A stretch of DNA of 60,081 nucleotides. Source: a virus (Duplodnaviria > Caudoviricetes). The notes below the pieces were generated by a model. It saw only the letters and a program-made list of their open reading frames with translations, did not search any database and was not told where the DNA came from. Shown here one piece after another: positions 47,574 through 56,120 of this stretch (position 1 is its first letter; each line of letters begins with the position of its first letter). The translations under genes were made by a program, and so were the position numbers. Location of the stretch: positions 1 through 60,081 of the IMG/VR virus record IMGVR_UViG_3300021963_000141; one strand, given 5' to 3'.

Positions 47574-48251
47574 TCAACTTTCAGATGCTTGTGCTGCTGC
47601 TTTTGCTTTTGCTCTCATCTGAACAGCAACTTTACTGTTCCATTTACCACCATCTGCTTCATATTCTTTACGCATTTGTGCAAGAATCTCAGTAGCAGAT
47701 TTCTTAGTCTTTTGTGCTGCCGCAGTCTTTTCTCTATTTCTAGCAGCATCTCTTTCTGCTCTTGTCATAGGAGCACCACTATCAGTTCTCCACTGTCTGC
47801 GTGGTGCTGCTGGTTTCTTCTCTTGTTGTGGTTTTGCTTGAGCGATTGCTTGTGATGCAGTCTTTGGTTGCTCTTTACCACCTTCTTTTGCTTTACGCTC
47901 AAGGTATGCTTTACGCTGTCTTTCTTTAGCAGTCATTGCAGCACTTCCTTGAGTTCCTGCAGTTCCTGGTTTCAATTCTGTTGCACCTTGACCTCTTCCA
48001 GGTGCAGGTGCTGAAGAACCTCTTTGCTGACCAACATCTTTGCGTGTTTTGTATGGACCAACAGGTTCAGTTCTTCCACCACCAACTGCTTTTACTCTGC
48101 GTATTTCAACAGGACTCTTTTTGCGTTCTTTGCCTATTCTACCACCAGCACCAGTTTTGATGATGGAAGCACCACCACCCCAACCAAGTTGACTAGCAGC
48201 ATCGGCATCAGATGCTTCGCAAAGAGACATAAACTGTTGAAATGTACGCAT
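47574..48251 (-). CDS. Basic low-complexity protein with capsid-targeting-like N-terminus
   Basis: MRTFQQFMSLCE; K/R/A/G-rich; CTAAATA late promoter at ~48278-48284. Confidence 0.75.
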   Translation of the reverse strand: MRTFQQFMSLCEASDADAASQLGWGGGASIIKTGAGGRIGKERKKSPVEIRRVKAVGGGRTEPVGPYKTRKDVGQQRGSSAPAPGRGQGATELKPGTAGTQGSAAMTAKERQRKAYLERKAKEGGKEQPKTASQAIAQAKPQQEKKPAAPRRQWRTDSGAPMTRAERDAARNREKTAAAQKTKKSATEILAQMRKEYEADGGKWNSKVAVQMRAKAKAAAQASES

Positions 48252-48280
48252 TGGTCTATCTAAACACTTCTTTTTAGTAT

Positions 48281-48481
48281 TTAGAACTCCTCTTCCTTTG
48301 CTTTATAGGAACCTTTGAACACACGACCTTCAGCATAGAATTGCTTCACACGCTCACGACGAGTAGCAAGAAGCAAATCATACTCTTCTTGCTGTTGCTT
48401 ACTGAAAGTGAAATCCTGTCGCCTCCAAGTCTCTTTAAGTTCGTTGATGTGATGAAGCACGTTAGGGATTTGTTCAGTCAT
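48281..48481 (-). CDS. Hypothetical protein
   Basis: In-strand ORF; W..QDF.F..QQ..Y..L...RRERV. Confidence 0.7.
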   Translation of the reverse strand: MTEQIPNVLHHINELKETWRRQDFTFSKQQQEEYDLLLATRRERVKQFYAEGRVFKGSYKAKEEEF

Positions 48482-48541
48482 TTGAGTATGATAATGGAAA
48501 AGTGTTTAGTGTGTGAGGTTGAGTGGACAGTTTGAGAACTG

Positions 48542-48679
48542 TCAGTAATCAATGTTGGAGTTGAGATAAGAATTGAAAGATTTGTCGTTCTCTTCTTCTT
48601 CAAAGAGACCTTCATTCATCTCTTCAACGAAATCAAAAGAAGAGAACTCTTCAATTTGAACATCATCAAAATGATCCAT
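48542..48679 (-). CDS. 45-aa very acidic protein (not in ORF track)
   Basis: MDHFDDVQIEEFSSFDFVEEMNEGLFEEENDKSFNSYLNSNIDY, downstream of copy 15. Confidence 0.6.
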   Translation of the reverse strand: MDHFDDVQIEEFSSFDFVEEMNEGLFEEEENDKSFNSYLNSNIDY

Positions 48680-48696
48680 TGTTAGAATCAGTTGCC

Positions 48697-48734
48697 TACA
48701 TTACTAGAACACTTTCAAGGTGAGTAACTTTAAT
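48697..48734 (-). repeat. 38-bp motif, copy 15
   Basis: ...CACCTTGAAAGTGTTCTAGTAATGTA. Confidence 0.93.
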
Positions 48735-51106
48735 TAGATAGGAAATGAGGTTCCAGGAATATCTGTAGATTTTCTAGGTTTTGATTTTGGTGCTGCTGGT
48801 TTCATAGGAGCAGGACCAGAAGGTTTCATTGTAGATCTAAGATTTCTTTGAGATTCTGCGTCAAGTGAAATCACATTATCTGGTTTGATTGGATCACCAA
48901 CTGCTTCACGACGCAATTCTTTTCTCAATTCATTCTTAAGTTGCTCTCTTTCTTGTGCTTTTTGACGCTTTTTTCTTCTTGCTTGTTGATGAGATGCAAC
49001 ACGCTCTTGCGATGCAGTTACTTGTTGTCTTTGTCTTTGCATCAATTCTCTTCTTCTTCCTTCTAAATCTTCAAAAACAACATATAACCAATCTTCACTC
49101 ATATTTTCGACAATAACACTTGCTGCTTTTGCATTATCAGCATAACCTTCAGAAATTAGATAATCTTGAATCAAATCAAAATAATCAAATGATTCTTTCA
49201 TTTTTGTGGTATATGTTCTATTATTCCAAGTGAATCCAGTTTTACCTGACTTACGAGCAGCAGCAAATGCTTTATCAAATGATTGCGCTTTTGTTAATCC
49301 TTGGTCTGGATTTGCTGGACCTTGTTTTGGTTTGTAAACACCACTCTTTAATGCACCTTTGAGTGTAGCATCTGCAGTAGGTCTTGGTGCCATAACTGAA
49401 GCAGCAACACCTGCGGGAGTAATGTTTCTCAATGCAGCAACTGCACCAGCAACTTTAGAGACTGGTTCGGCAACTTTTCTTGCTTGATTAGCAAATCTCT
49501 GAAGTTCTGGGAACTTATTCATATTAGGACCAGTTGCACGAACAGTAGCACCAGGTCTATAAGTATTTGGTTTTGTTGCTGCTGGTTTTACTGCAGGTTT
49601 TGTTGTTGCAGGTTTTGCTGCTGGTTTTGCAGAAGTTGTTGTTGGTTTTGTTGTTGGTTTCCAAGCAGGTTTTGGTGCTCTTGGTTCAAGATTTGTTGGT
49701 CTAGTTGTTCCCATTAAACCACCACCAGTTCTACTAGTTAATCTCTGAACATCTCTAAATTGCTGAGATCTTTGTGTTGTTGTTGGTGGTTTTGCTGCTG
49801 GTTTTGCTGCAGGTTTTGCCGCTGGTTTGTTAAGATCTAGTTTTAATTGTCCAGCAGGTCTATTACCAAATCCTCCAGGTGGTCTTTTTGGTGGTGTTGC
49901 TTGTGTTGTTGAGCGTGTTTGAACTGGAGTGCTAGAAGTAAAGGGAACTCTATTTGGTTTAGTGAAGTTCTGTGCTTTTCCCTTTGAAGTAATTAAACTA
50001 GGTTGTACCGCTGCTTCAATAATATCTTGTATTGTTTCTTCACTCATATTTGACATCATATAGAGTGCTTCTTCTTCAGTTGTCACATAACCTTCATCAA
50101 GAAGATAACCTTTTACAATGTCAAAAAGGTCTAGATGTGCAACTTGAGTTGTTGGTTTTGGAGTTTGCTTTTTAACCATCCCCTGCTTCAACATATCCAT
50201 ATTTTGTTTTGTTCTTTTTATATTATCGGGAATATCTGGAATGAACGAAGCAGCGCCACCTCTAATTAAACCATCAACGCTTCTAAACGGAAACTCCAAT
50301 CCACCACTTTTTGGTGGATTTATAACTTGTTGCTCATCAACAGGTTTAATTAAAGATGATGCTGGAGTTCCTGGTTTTAATCTAACCTCCCCAACTCTTC
50401 CTGCACCTTGATTAGGAACAACTCCCATCTTAGGGTCAATCTTTACTGGAGTGCTTGGTCCTTGATTCTGCTCATTTTTCAAACCAAGATATTTTTGAGA
50501 TGCTGCACTTGGTCCTTTATTAAAGGAGTTTACCTTTGGCATTGATGCACTACCAGGTTGAACTTTATTTACTCCATCAACAGTTTTTTGCTGCTTTCTA
50601 TTATACGCATCAACCGCATCTTTTGCCATACGAACTGGATTTGGAATTGGTGTGGGTCCAAGATAACCATCTCCAGGTTTTTCTTGGAGTTGCTGACCAT
50701 CTACCTCATAAGACTGTTTAAGAAGTCCACCAACAGTTTCTTTTGCTTTATCATACATTTGTCCACCTTTTTGTCTACCAAGAAGTCCACCAACAGTTCC
50801 TCCACCAGGAATACCAGTTTTTTGTCCTTGGTTTCTACCAATTACACCACCAACAGTCTGTGCGGTGCCTCTTGCTAATTTATCAAGTGAAGCAAGAGGA
50901 TTTTCACTCAGTTCTTCGCCCTCTGGTTCATAATGTGCTTTTTGCAATCCACTCTTAGGAACATAAACCTTTTCCCCTTTAGGAATCATTTGTTGCAGTT
51001 TTCTTGCTGCAGCAGTATCTGTAGGTTTCTCTAGTGGAACACCAATTTGTTGCTCATAGACATTTTGATATGCCTGGATTAGTTCTCTATATTCCTTCGA
51101 ATTCAT
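48734..51106 (-). CDS. 790-aa modular, probably virion-internal polyprotein-like protein
   Basis: L..AY..VYE N-terminus; two FD....YL..EGY......A...NMSE modules; KPAA/KPTT repeats; TATAAATA at 51127-51134. Confidence 0.78.
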   Translation of the reverse strand: MNSKEYRELIQAYQNVYEQQIGVPLEKPTDTAAARKLQQMIPKGEKVYVPKSGLQKAHYEPEGEELSENPLASLDKLARGTAQTVGGVIGRNQGQKTGIPGGGTVGGLLGRQKGGQMYDKAKETVGGLLKQSYEVDGQQLQEKPGDGYLGPTPIPNPVRMAKDAVDAYNRKQQKTVDGVNKVQPGSASMPKVNSFNKGPSAASQKYLGLKNEQNQGPSTPVKIDPKMGVVPNQGAGRVGEVRLKPGTPASSLIKPVDEQQVINPPKSGGLEFPFRSVDGLIRGGAASFIPDIPDNIKRTKQNMDMLKQGMVKKQTPKPTTQVAHLDLFDIVKGYLLDEGYVTTEEEALYMMSNMSEETIQDIIEAAVQPSLITSKGKAQNFTKPNRVPFTSSTPVQTRSTTQATPPKRPPGGFGNRPAGQLKLDLNKPAAKPAAKPAAKPPTTTQRSQQFRDVQRLTSRTGGGLMGTTRPTNLEPRAPKPAWKPTTKPTTTSAKPAAKPATTKPAVKPAATKPNTYRPGATVRATGPNMNKFPELQRFANQARKVAEPVSKVAGAVAALRNITPAGVAASVMAPRPTADATLKGALKSGVYKPKQGPANPDQGLTKAQSFDKAFAAARKSGKTGFTWNNRTYTTKMKESFDYFDLIQDYLISEGYADNAKAASVIVENMSEDWLYVVFEDLEGRRRELMQRQRQQVTASQERVASHQQARRKKRQKAQEREQLKNELRKELRREAVGDPIKPDNVISLDAESQRNLRSTMKPSGPAPMKPAAPKSKPRKSTDIPGTSFPI

Positions 51107-51126
51107 TTTTACAAACGCTTTTTAGA

Positions 51127-51134
51127 TATTTATA
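51127..51134 (-). promoter_or_regulatory. T4 late promoter TATAAATA
   Basis: Exact consensus, intergenic. Confidence 0.75.
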
Positions 51135-51136
51135 AA

Positions 51137-52312
51137 TTAGCGACTCATAATAGATTTTAGTCTAGATTGCTTTGCTGCTTGCTGTGCTCTTGCTTCTGCA
51201 CCAAGTTCCTGGTGAACGTGTTTAATTTGTGCCGTCTTTTGTGCTGCTTGGCGTCTTGCAACTTGTTGACTATAAAGATTAGGCTCCATTGTAGGAGTTT
51301 GCTCTTCAATCTTTTTAACTGACTTTGCTAACTTTTTAAGTCTTTGTTTTACTGCTTTTCCACCACTACGCTTTACAATTAACTTTTCAACTTCTTTCTT
51401 AGATGGTTTTCCTTCTGGACCTTCATATCTTTGAAGAGTATAAGTCTGAACACCAGTATCACTTCTCTTGTAAGTTCCAGCAACTGCGTGAGGAGGTGTA
51501 TCTGGTCTCTTTGCCTCACAGATTTCGTAGAACTCTCTAAATGTTAGCATTTTATTTCCATATACATTATAGTTATCTGCCAACCCAATACCAGAAATAC
51601 CATATCTTCCACCAGAACCTGGAGCATATCTACCAGTTCCTGATGGAGTTCCAACACCACCAAGAGATGAACTTCCACCTCCTCTAGAAGTTGCTGGTTT
51701 AGCAGTTGGTTTTGGTTTTGGTAGTGGTTTAGTGGGTGTTGATGCTGACCTTAACACCGCCATTGGGTCATCTCCAACAGATCTCCCAGACACAGTTTGT
51801 CTAAAAAGTTTTGGACCTTTTGGTGTAGAACCTTGACCCGATGATCCTGCTGCTGCTCTCCTTTGGTCTCTAATTGAAGGAGTTAATGGAGTATTTGTTC
51901 TACTGGTTGGTCTATTTGTGGAGGGAGTTGGTCTACTTTTAATTGGTATGGGTACTTCTGCGCGAGTCAATGGAACATTCCTGTTGGCGTCTTTTTCAAA
52001 TCCTCTACGGGTTATTTCCGAGCTAGTAATACGTCCACGTTCTTGAGAAGAAATTCTTACTGGATCTCCACTTCTAGATGGAACTCCTTTTCCACCTTCC
52101 CCTCTTCTTACACTTGATTGTTGAGGATATTGATCATTTGCTCTTTGTTTAGCATTTCTTTCTAAATTATGCAAAACAGTTAAAGAAGGTTTTCCTTGAG
52201 GAAGAACACTAAAATCTCTTGTTTTGTTTATTCTTTGTCTAACAAGATCTGCCAATCTTGCAGAAGTTGCCCCCGCTTCATCAAGATTCTGATTAAATTG
52301 TTGGGTTTTCAT
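51137..52312 (-). CDS. Basic low-complexity protein with two capsid-targeting-like motifs
   Basis: MKTQQFNQNLDE at the start, internal MLTFREFYEICE, and AATAAATA upstream (~52332). Confidence 0.75.
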   Translation of the reverse strand: MKTQQFNQNLDEAGATSARLADLVRQRINKTRDFSVLPQGKPSLTVLHNLERNAKQRANDQYPQQSSVRRGEGGKGVPSRSGDPVRISSQERGRITSSEITRRGFEKDANRNVPLTRAEVPIPIKSRPTPSTNRPTSRTNTPLTPSIRDQRRAAAGSSGQGSTPKGPKLFRQTVSGRSVGDDPMAVLRSASTPTKPLPKPKPTAKPATSRGGGSSSLGGVGTPSGTGRYAPGSGGRYGISGIGLADNYNVYGNKMLTFREFYEICEAKRPDTPPHAVAGTYKRSDTGVQTYTLQRYEGPEGKPSKKEVEKLIVKRSGGKAVKQRLKKLAKSVKKIEEQTPTMEPNLYSQQVARRQAAQKTAQIKHVHQELGAEARAQQAAKQSRLKSIMSR

Positions 52313-52394
52313 TATCTCTTGACTTTTTGATTATTTATTGTATAATTCCACTTGAGTATTACACTCACACACCACACACATTAGGAGAATATCT

Positions 52395-52598
52395 ATGACA
52401 CCTTATGAACTTCGGTTTGAAATCTTTAAGCAAGCATATAATATGCTCAACGATCAGTTTAGTGTAGAATATGATACTGCTGTTCGTTGGAATGAAGTTG
52501 AGAAAAAAGAAGTGCCGATGGATTATCCAGAGTTTCCAACACTCAATCAAGTTCTAGAACAAGCAGAAATCATCAATGATTTTGTAAGTTCCAAATAA
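52395..52598 (+). CDS. Conserved T4-like small protein
   Basis: TPYELRFEIFKQA...YPEFPT...A..INDFVS; AGGAG RBS; terminator downstream. Confidence 0.8.
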   Translation: MTPYELRFEIFKQAYNMLNDQFSVEYDTAVRWNEVEKKEVPMDYPEFPTLNQVLEQAEIINDFVSSK

Positions 52599-52602
52599 AG
52601 TT

Positions 52603-52629
52603 AAAGGAGGGTTTTATCCCTCCTTTTTT
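52603..52629. terminator. Bidirectional terminator
   Basis: AAAGGAGGG-loop-CCCTCCTTTTTT between convergent genes. Confidence 0.75.
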
Positions 52630-52630
52630 A

Positions 52631-52894
52631 TTATTCAAACTCAAAAGATCTATTTGATACTTTCATTGGTGGAGTTTGATATTCGGGAGTAGAGGATTCT
52701 ACAAATACTTCAATTTTAGTCTCATCATTCCAATGTCTAATTACACCAGCAACAATGAAAGCATTAGTAATTAGATAAGTTGCAAAGATGAATGTGCGAA
52801 TGATTGCTACTTTATCCGATTCTTTATCACATTTACTTGCTTTCTCACCCAAAGACTTTGCCCACCAACGCCATAATGTAGTTTTCTTTTTCAT
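52631..52894 (-). CDS. Predicted membrane protein
   Basis: WRWWAKSLGEK..D.VA.IRT..hydrophobic..IRHWN. Confidence 0.75.
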   Translation of the reverse strand: MKKKTTLWRWWAKSLGEKASKCDKESDKVAIIRTFIFATYLITNAFIVAGVIRHWNDETKIEVFVESSTPEYQTPPMKVSNRSFEFE

Positions 52895-53097
52895 ACTGCA
52901 GATGATTTTTTGTTTGCTTTTGCTTGTTGCATTCCAGGTCCAAAACCAGTTTTGGGGTCAATAAGAAATCTTTGTGGTGCTGGATTGTAAGAACCATCAG
53001 ATTTGCGTAATGGGGGCATTACTCTGAAAGGTTGAACAGATTGAATTACATTCCTTGCATCTGTTGCTTCACGAATAAACTGTGAGAATGTTTTCAC
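52891..53097 (-). CDS. Small protein with capsid-targeting-like N-terminus
   Basis: MKTFSQFIRE; GATAAATA at 53125-53132. Confidence 0.72.
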   Translation of the reverse strand: MKTFSQFIREATDARNVIQSVQPFRVMPPLRKSDGSYNPAPQRFLIDPKTGFGPGMQQAKANKKSSAV

Positions 53098-53351
53098 TAT
53101 TTCTCTTGAATAATTGTCTCAGAATATTTATCTTCCCTATACCCCACATACTCCAATTCTTTCCACTGCTCGCGATAACACAATACCAATGATCTTTCTT
53201 TTTTATGAATGGGACAGGCACGATAGTTTTCTTTATCTTTAGGACGAACACGAAACTCAATGGTAATGTATTCTTTTTCCTTAAAATAAACCCAACCTTC
53301 AACACCTTTAGTCCATTTTACATAATCATTGATTTGTGGTTCGTAGGTCAT
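53097..53351 (-). CDS. Hypothetical protein
   Basis: YEPQINDYVKW..EGWVYF..YITIE. Confidence 0.72.
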   Translation of the reverse strand: MTYEPQINDYVKWTKGVEGWVYFKEKEYITIEFRVRPKDKENYRACPIHKKERSLVLCYREQWKELEYVGYREDKYSETIIQEK

Positions 53352-53629
53352 ACAAAAAACGCATCTAGAGGAGATTGTTTAATAGGCATTGCGGTGTAGT
53401 TTCGCGTGTCCGTGATATTTACACGAGCACCGATGGTTTTACTATTGATGGGGGCGAAGTATTCTCTGGTCTTGGACTTGTAGAATCCCCAGATGGTTTT
53501 TGTTGCAGCACCATTATTGTAATCAAACTTGCGATGGCAATGCAACCATATAGCAATAACTCCGCGCTTAAACTCTTCGAACTCATAAGAATACCCCTTT
53601 GGTGCTTTGTGTGGAAACTCAGCAATCAT
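53348..53629 (-). CDS. Hypothetical protein
   Basis: Likely start MIAEFPHKAPKGYSY, within ORF 53348-53719. Confidence 0.65.
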   Translation of the reverse strand: MIAEFPHKAPKGYSYEFEEFKRGVIAIWLHCHRKFDYNNGAATKTIWGFYKSKTREYFAPINSKTIGARVNITDTRNYTAMPIKQSPLDAFFV

Positions 53630-53785
53630 AGAACTTGTCTCGCGACATATACTCAATTTGTTTCTGCAGTTGTGAGATTTCGTGTTCTTGTTCTGCAATT
53701 TTCTTTTGCAGTTGTTCAACTCGTTCTTGATACTGTTTCTTCAAATCAGACACCATTTGATTGGTGTGAGCAACGTGGTGAGTCA

Positions 53786-54016
53786 TCAGGTTGTAAATGA
53801 TTCGACAATTCGGGACTCTTCTTCTCCCACAAGTGCAAAACGTGGAGCAGCAACTACTCTCTCCATAATTTTACTTTCATATCGGTCATCATAGTCATCT
53901 GAGTCTCGCAAAATATCGTGACACTCAACATCATTTTCAGCAATAACATTGATTACCCCACCATATTCGGAAGAAGGAAAAGGAACCCAATAGTCAACGA
54001 TGTACAGATGCTTCAT
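53786..54016 (-). CDS. Hypothetical protein
   Basis: YIVDYWVPFPSSEYGG motif; GAGG RBS. Confidence 0.75.
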   Translation of the reverse strand: MKHLYIVDYWVPFPSSEYGGVINVIAENDVECHDILRDSDDYDDRYESKIMERVVAAPRFALVGEEESRIVESFTT

Positions 54017-54039
54017 TTGTCTTTGTAAATTACCTCTTA

Positions 54040-54068
54040 AGTTTAGTCGTTTGTGTCGCCTTCGTCAA
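54040..54068 (-). promoter_or_regulatory. Sigma70 promoter
   Basis: TTGACG-N17-TAAACT. Confidence 0.65.
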
Positions 54069-54536
54069 GTATATTTTGGTCAGCAGCAAAGATAAATGCT
54101 GCGCCGATTGTGAGTAGAGAACCCAGTCCCATTCCAAGTAGAAAAGTCATCAATAAAACTCCGCAAGATAATAGTCAACAGGGATTTCAAGTTTTGCTGC
54201 TTCGCGTTCAACTTCTTTCCAGAACTCTTCTGCTACTTTATCCATTTCTGCTTGTTTAATAAGGTCTCGGAGTCGTTTTGGAATCATTTGGATTTCTCCT
54301 TGAGTTGTGCTTCTTCGCGTGGATATATTACCTTAAGGTAATATAGCATAATTGTGGACACAAATGCAACTAAAGTAGTGTAGATTGCAAAGGCAAGTCC
54401 TATACTCATCTCATTTGTTGGATTGCTTGTTCACGATAGTATGCCTTATGAAGAGCATCGTCACGTTTGATGAGAAATGCGTTCCATCCAAGAATTGCAA
54501 TAAAAGCAAGAAAAATGTAACTGATTTGTTTGGAAG

Positions 54537-54953
54537 TCATACTGCAAGTGCTGCGGAGGGAATTTCAACGATTTCGGGAAGTTTGCTATCATCAAACTGA
54601 TTCATATTATAGCATACCCACTCACCACTGCGGAATACATAGGCATACTCTTCGCTGTTGTCAGGCAGCAGATACTCACAGAGGTCAGCATCAAGACGCG
54701 GGGGGCAATCTTCACCACGAGCAGAGTAATACTCAGGACCATAACCAAGGTCAGGGCGAACACTACCCCAGGAAGATTCAGTCCAGCAGGAACTCATATC
54801 ACCACCATCAATCAGTTCTTCAGCAAGAGAACATGCATTGTAGTGAGTGTTCAGAATACGACCCAACCATTCAGGATATCCATCCCAGTGGTGGTACACA
54901 GAGAGTACAGAACCGTTCTTCAGTTCAATACCGATTCGTGCTCGGGTTGCCAT
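54537..54953 (-). CDS. Conserved phage hypothetical protein
   Basis: M.TRARIG...SVYHHWDGYP..LG..L, GGDMS, EYAY.F. Confidence 0.8.
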   Translation of the reverse strand: MATRARIGIELKNGSVLSVYHHWDGYPEWLGRILNTHYNACSLAEELIDGGDMSSCWTESSWGSVRPDLGYGPEYYSARGEDCPPRLDADLCEYLLPDNSEEYAYVFRSGEWVCYNMNQFDDSKLPEIVEIPSAALAV

Positions 54954-54968
54954 TTCAAGTTTGTCGCT

Positions 54969-55006
54969 TACATTACTAAAACACTTTAGAGGTGAGTAAC
55001 TTTAAT
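54969..55006 (-). repeat. 38-bp motif, copy 16
   Basis: ...CACCTCTAAAGTGTTTTAGTAATGTA. Supplies the TAA of dam. Confidence 0.93.
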
Positions 55007-55820
55007 AGACCGCAATCAGTTCGCTTGCTTTCTTCCTACTGCCACCTTTTGCGGCAATAGTTCTTGTTACTTGAATAGGATAGATAGTAGCATTTTTATA
55101 GAGTTCTCTTGTGATAGGAACATCGTGATTTGATACAATCACTTTTATACCTTTTGATGCAAGAGACTCTGCAAGTTGTACTAATTGTTCTTGTTGCACG
55201 TCAGTGAATCCATCAGTTGCATAACTTGTGAAGTTTGCAGTATCTGATGCAGGAACATATGGTGGATCAAAGTAAACAACATCACCTGCTTCCAAGTCTT
55301 CATAGAGAGATGGATCTTCGAATGAAAGTGATGTAAATCTTACCAGTTGTTTGGATAAGAAATACATCCTGAAGTTCATCATTTCTTCAGATGGGCAAGA
55401 TGGTTTGTCATACTTACCAAAGGGAACATTAAATCCACCTTTGCTATTGTATCTTGACAAACCATTAAAGCAGTGACGATTCAAGTAAATGAACAATCGT
55501 GCCCTTTCTGTAGTGTCTGTTGCCTGATTAAAGTGCTCTCGCAACTCTAAATATGCTTCTTTGGTATTATTTTCGGAGATGAATAGTTCTTCACAATATT
55601 GAATGAAACTATCATCGTTTGGATCTACAAGATTTTGATAGATTGCAACCAAATCCTTATTCACATCGTTCAGAATGTATTGCTGTGCTGGTGTATTCAA
55701 TGCAACAGCAAGACTACCACCAAAGGGTTCACAATAACGCTTTGGATAACCAATGTGGGGAATAAGATGGGGCAGGACTCTTGTTTTATTACCAGCCCAT
55801 TTTAAGAAAGTTTTGTTCAT
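55002..55820 (-). CDS. dam: DNA adenine methyltransferase (Dam/D12 class)
   Basis: FLKWAGNK, EPFGGS, LNDVN, YLNRHCFNGL.RYN..G.FNVPFG, YFDPPY. Start at MNKTF (55820). Confidence 0.93.
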   Translation of the reverse strand: MNKTFLKWAGNKTRVLPHLIPHIGYPKRYCEPFGGSLAVALNTPAQQYILNDVNKDLVAIYQNLVDPNDDSFIQYCEELFISENNTKEAYLELREHFNQATDTTERARLFIYLNRHCFNGLSRYNSKGGFNVPFGKYDKPSCPSEEMMNFRMYFLSKQLVRFTSLSFEDPSLYEDLEAGDVVYFDPPYVPASDTANFTSYATDGFTDVQQEQLVQLAESLASKGIKVIVSNHDVPITRELYKNATIYPIQVTRTIAAKGGSRKKASELIAVY

Positions 55821-55826
55821 TGGATA

Positions 55827-55860
55827 AGTATAACATAAAAAAGAGGGTTGACAACCCTCT
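55827..55860 (-). terminator. Terminator hairpin overlapping a sigma70 promoter for dam
   Basis: AGAGGGTTG/CAACCCTCT plus T6; TTGTCA-N16-TATACT with extended TG. Confidence 0.65.
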
Positions 55861-55866
55861 AGAAAT

Positions 55867-56031
55867 TCAACCACCTTTTTCTCTCAAACTTCGTACAAGA
55901 TATTCGGTGAATTCTTCCATTTTTTCAGGAACTACAGCAGCAGGGCGTTGATTGATTACATTTTTAAGTGCAGTCATCTCATTAAACTCTTCATCTGTCA
56001 GATTGTTGTTTCCTTTTGAAGGAAGTGTCAT
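55867..56031 (-). CDS. 54-aa small protein (not in ORF track)
   Basis: MTLPSKGNNNLTDEEFNEMTALKNVINQRPAAVVPEKMEEFTEYLVRSLREKGG; GGAG RBS. Confidence 0.65.
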   Translation of the reverse strand: MTLPSKGNNNLTDEEFNEMTALKNVINQRPAAVVPEKMEEFTEYLVRSLREKGG

Positions 56032-56120
56032 AGGTTTACTCCCGAATACTATGATATGTTAGCATATCCTTATAAAATATCTAGGTACTTAACAATCTCT
56101 TTGGGATTGCTTTACAGTTC

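Noticed and set aside
38534-54979. Plus-strand ORFs ending in ...TTRTL/TTKTL, and others such as 44138-44617 and 46387-47082
   Set aside because: The shared C-termini are just the repeat read on the opposite strand, and the ORFs are shadows of minus-strand genes.
36481-55006. CRISPR array interpretation of the 38-bp repeat
   Set aside because: Intervals are 0.2-6 kb and contain whole genes rather than 30-40 bp spacers, and no cas genes were recognised.
36481-55006. Classical integron attC sites or IS ends
   Set aside because: There is no RYYYAAC/GTTRRRY-bounded long palindrome, only a weak CACTT/AGGTG stem. No integrase, transposase or target-site duplication was seen in the window.
55821-55874. 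N-terminal extension of Dam in the ORF track
   Set aside because: It spans a terminator/promoter, and the Dam-like sequence begins at MNKTFLKWAG.
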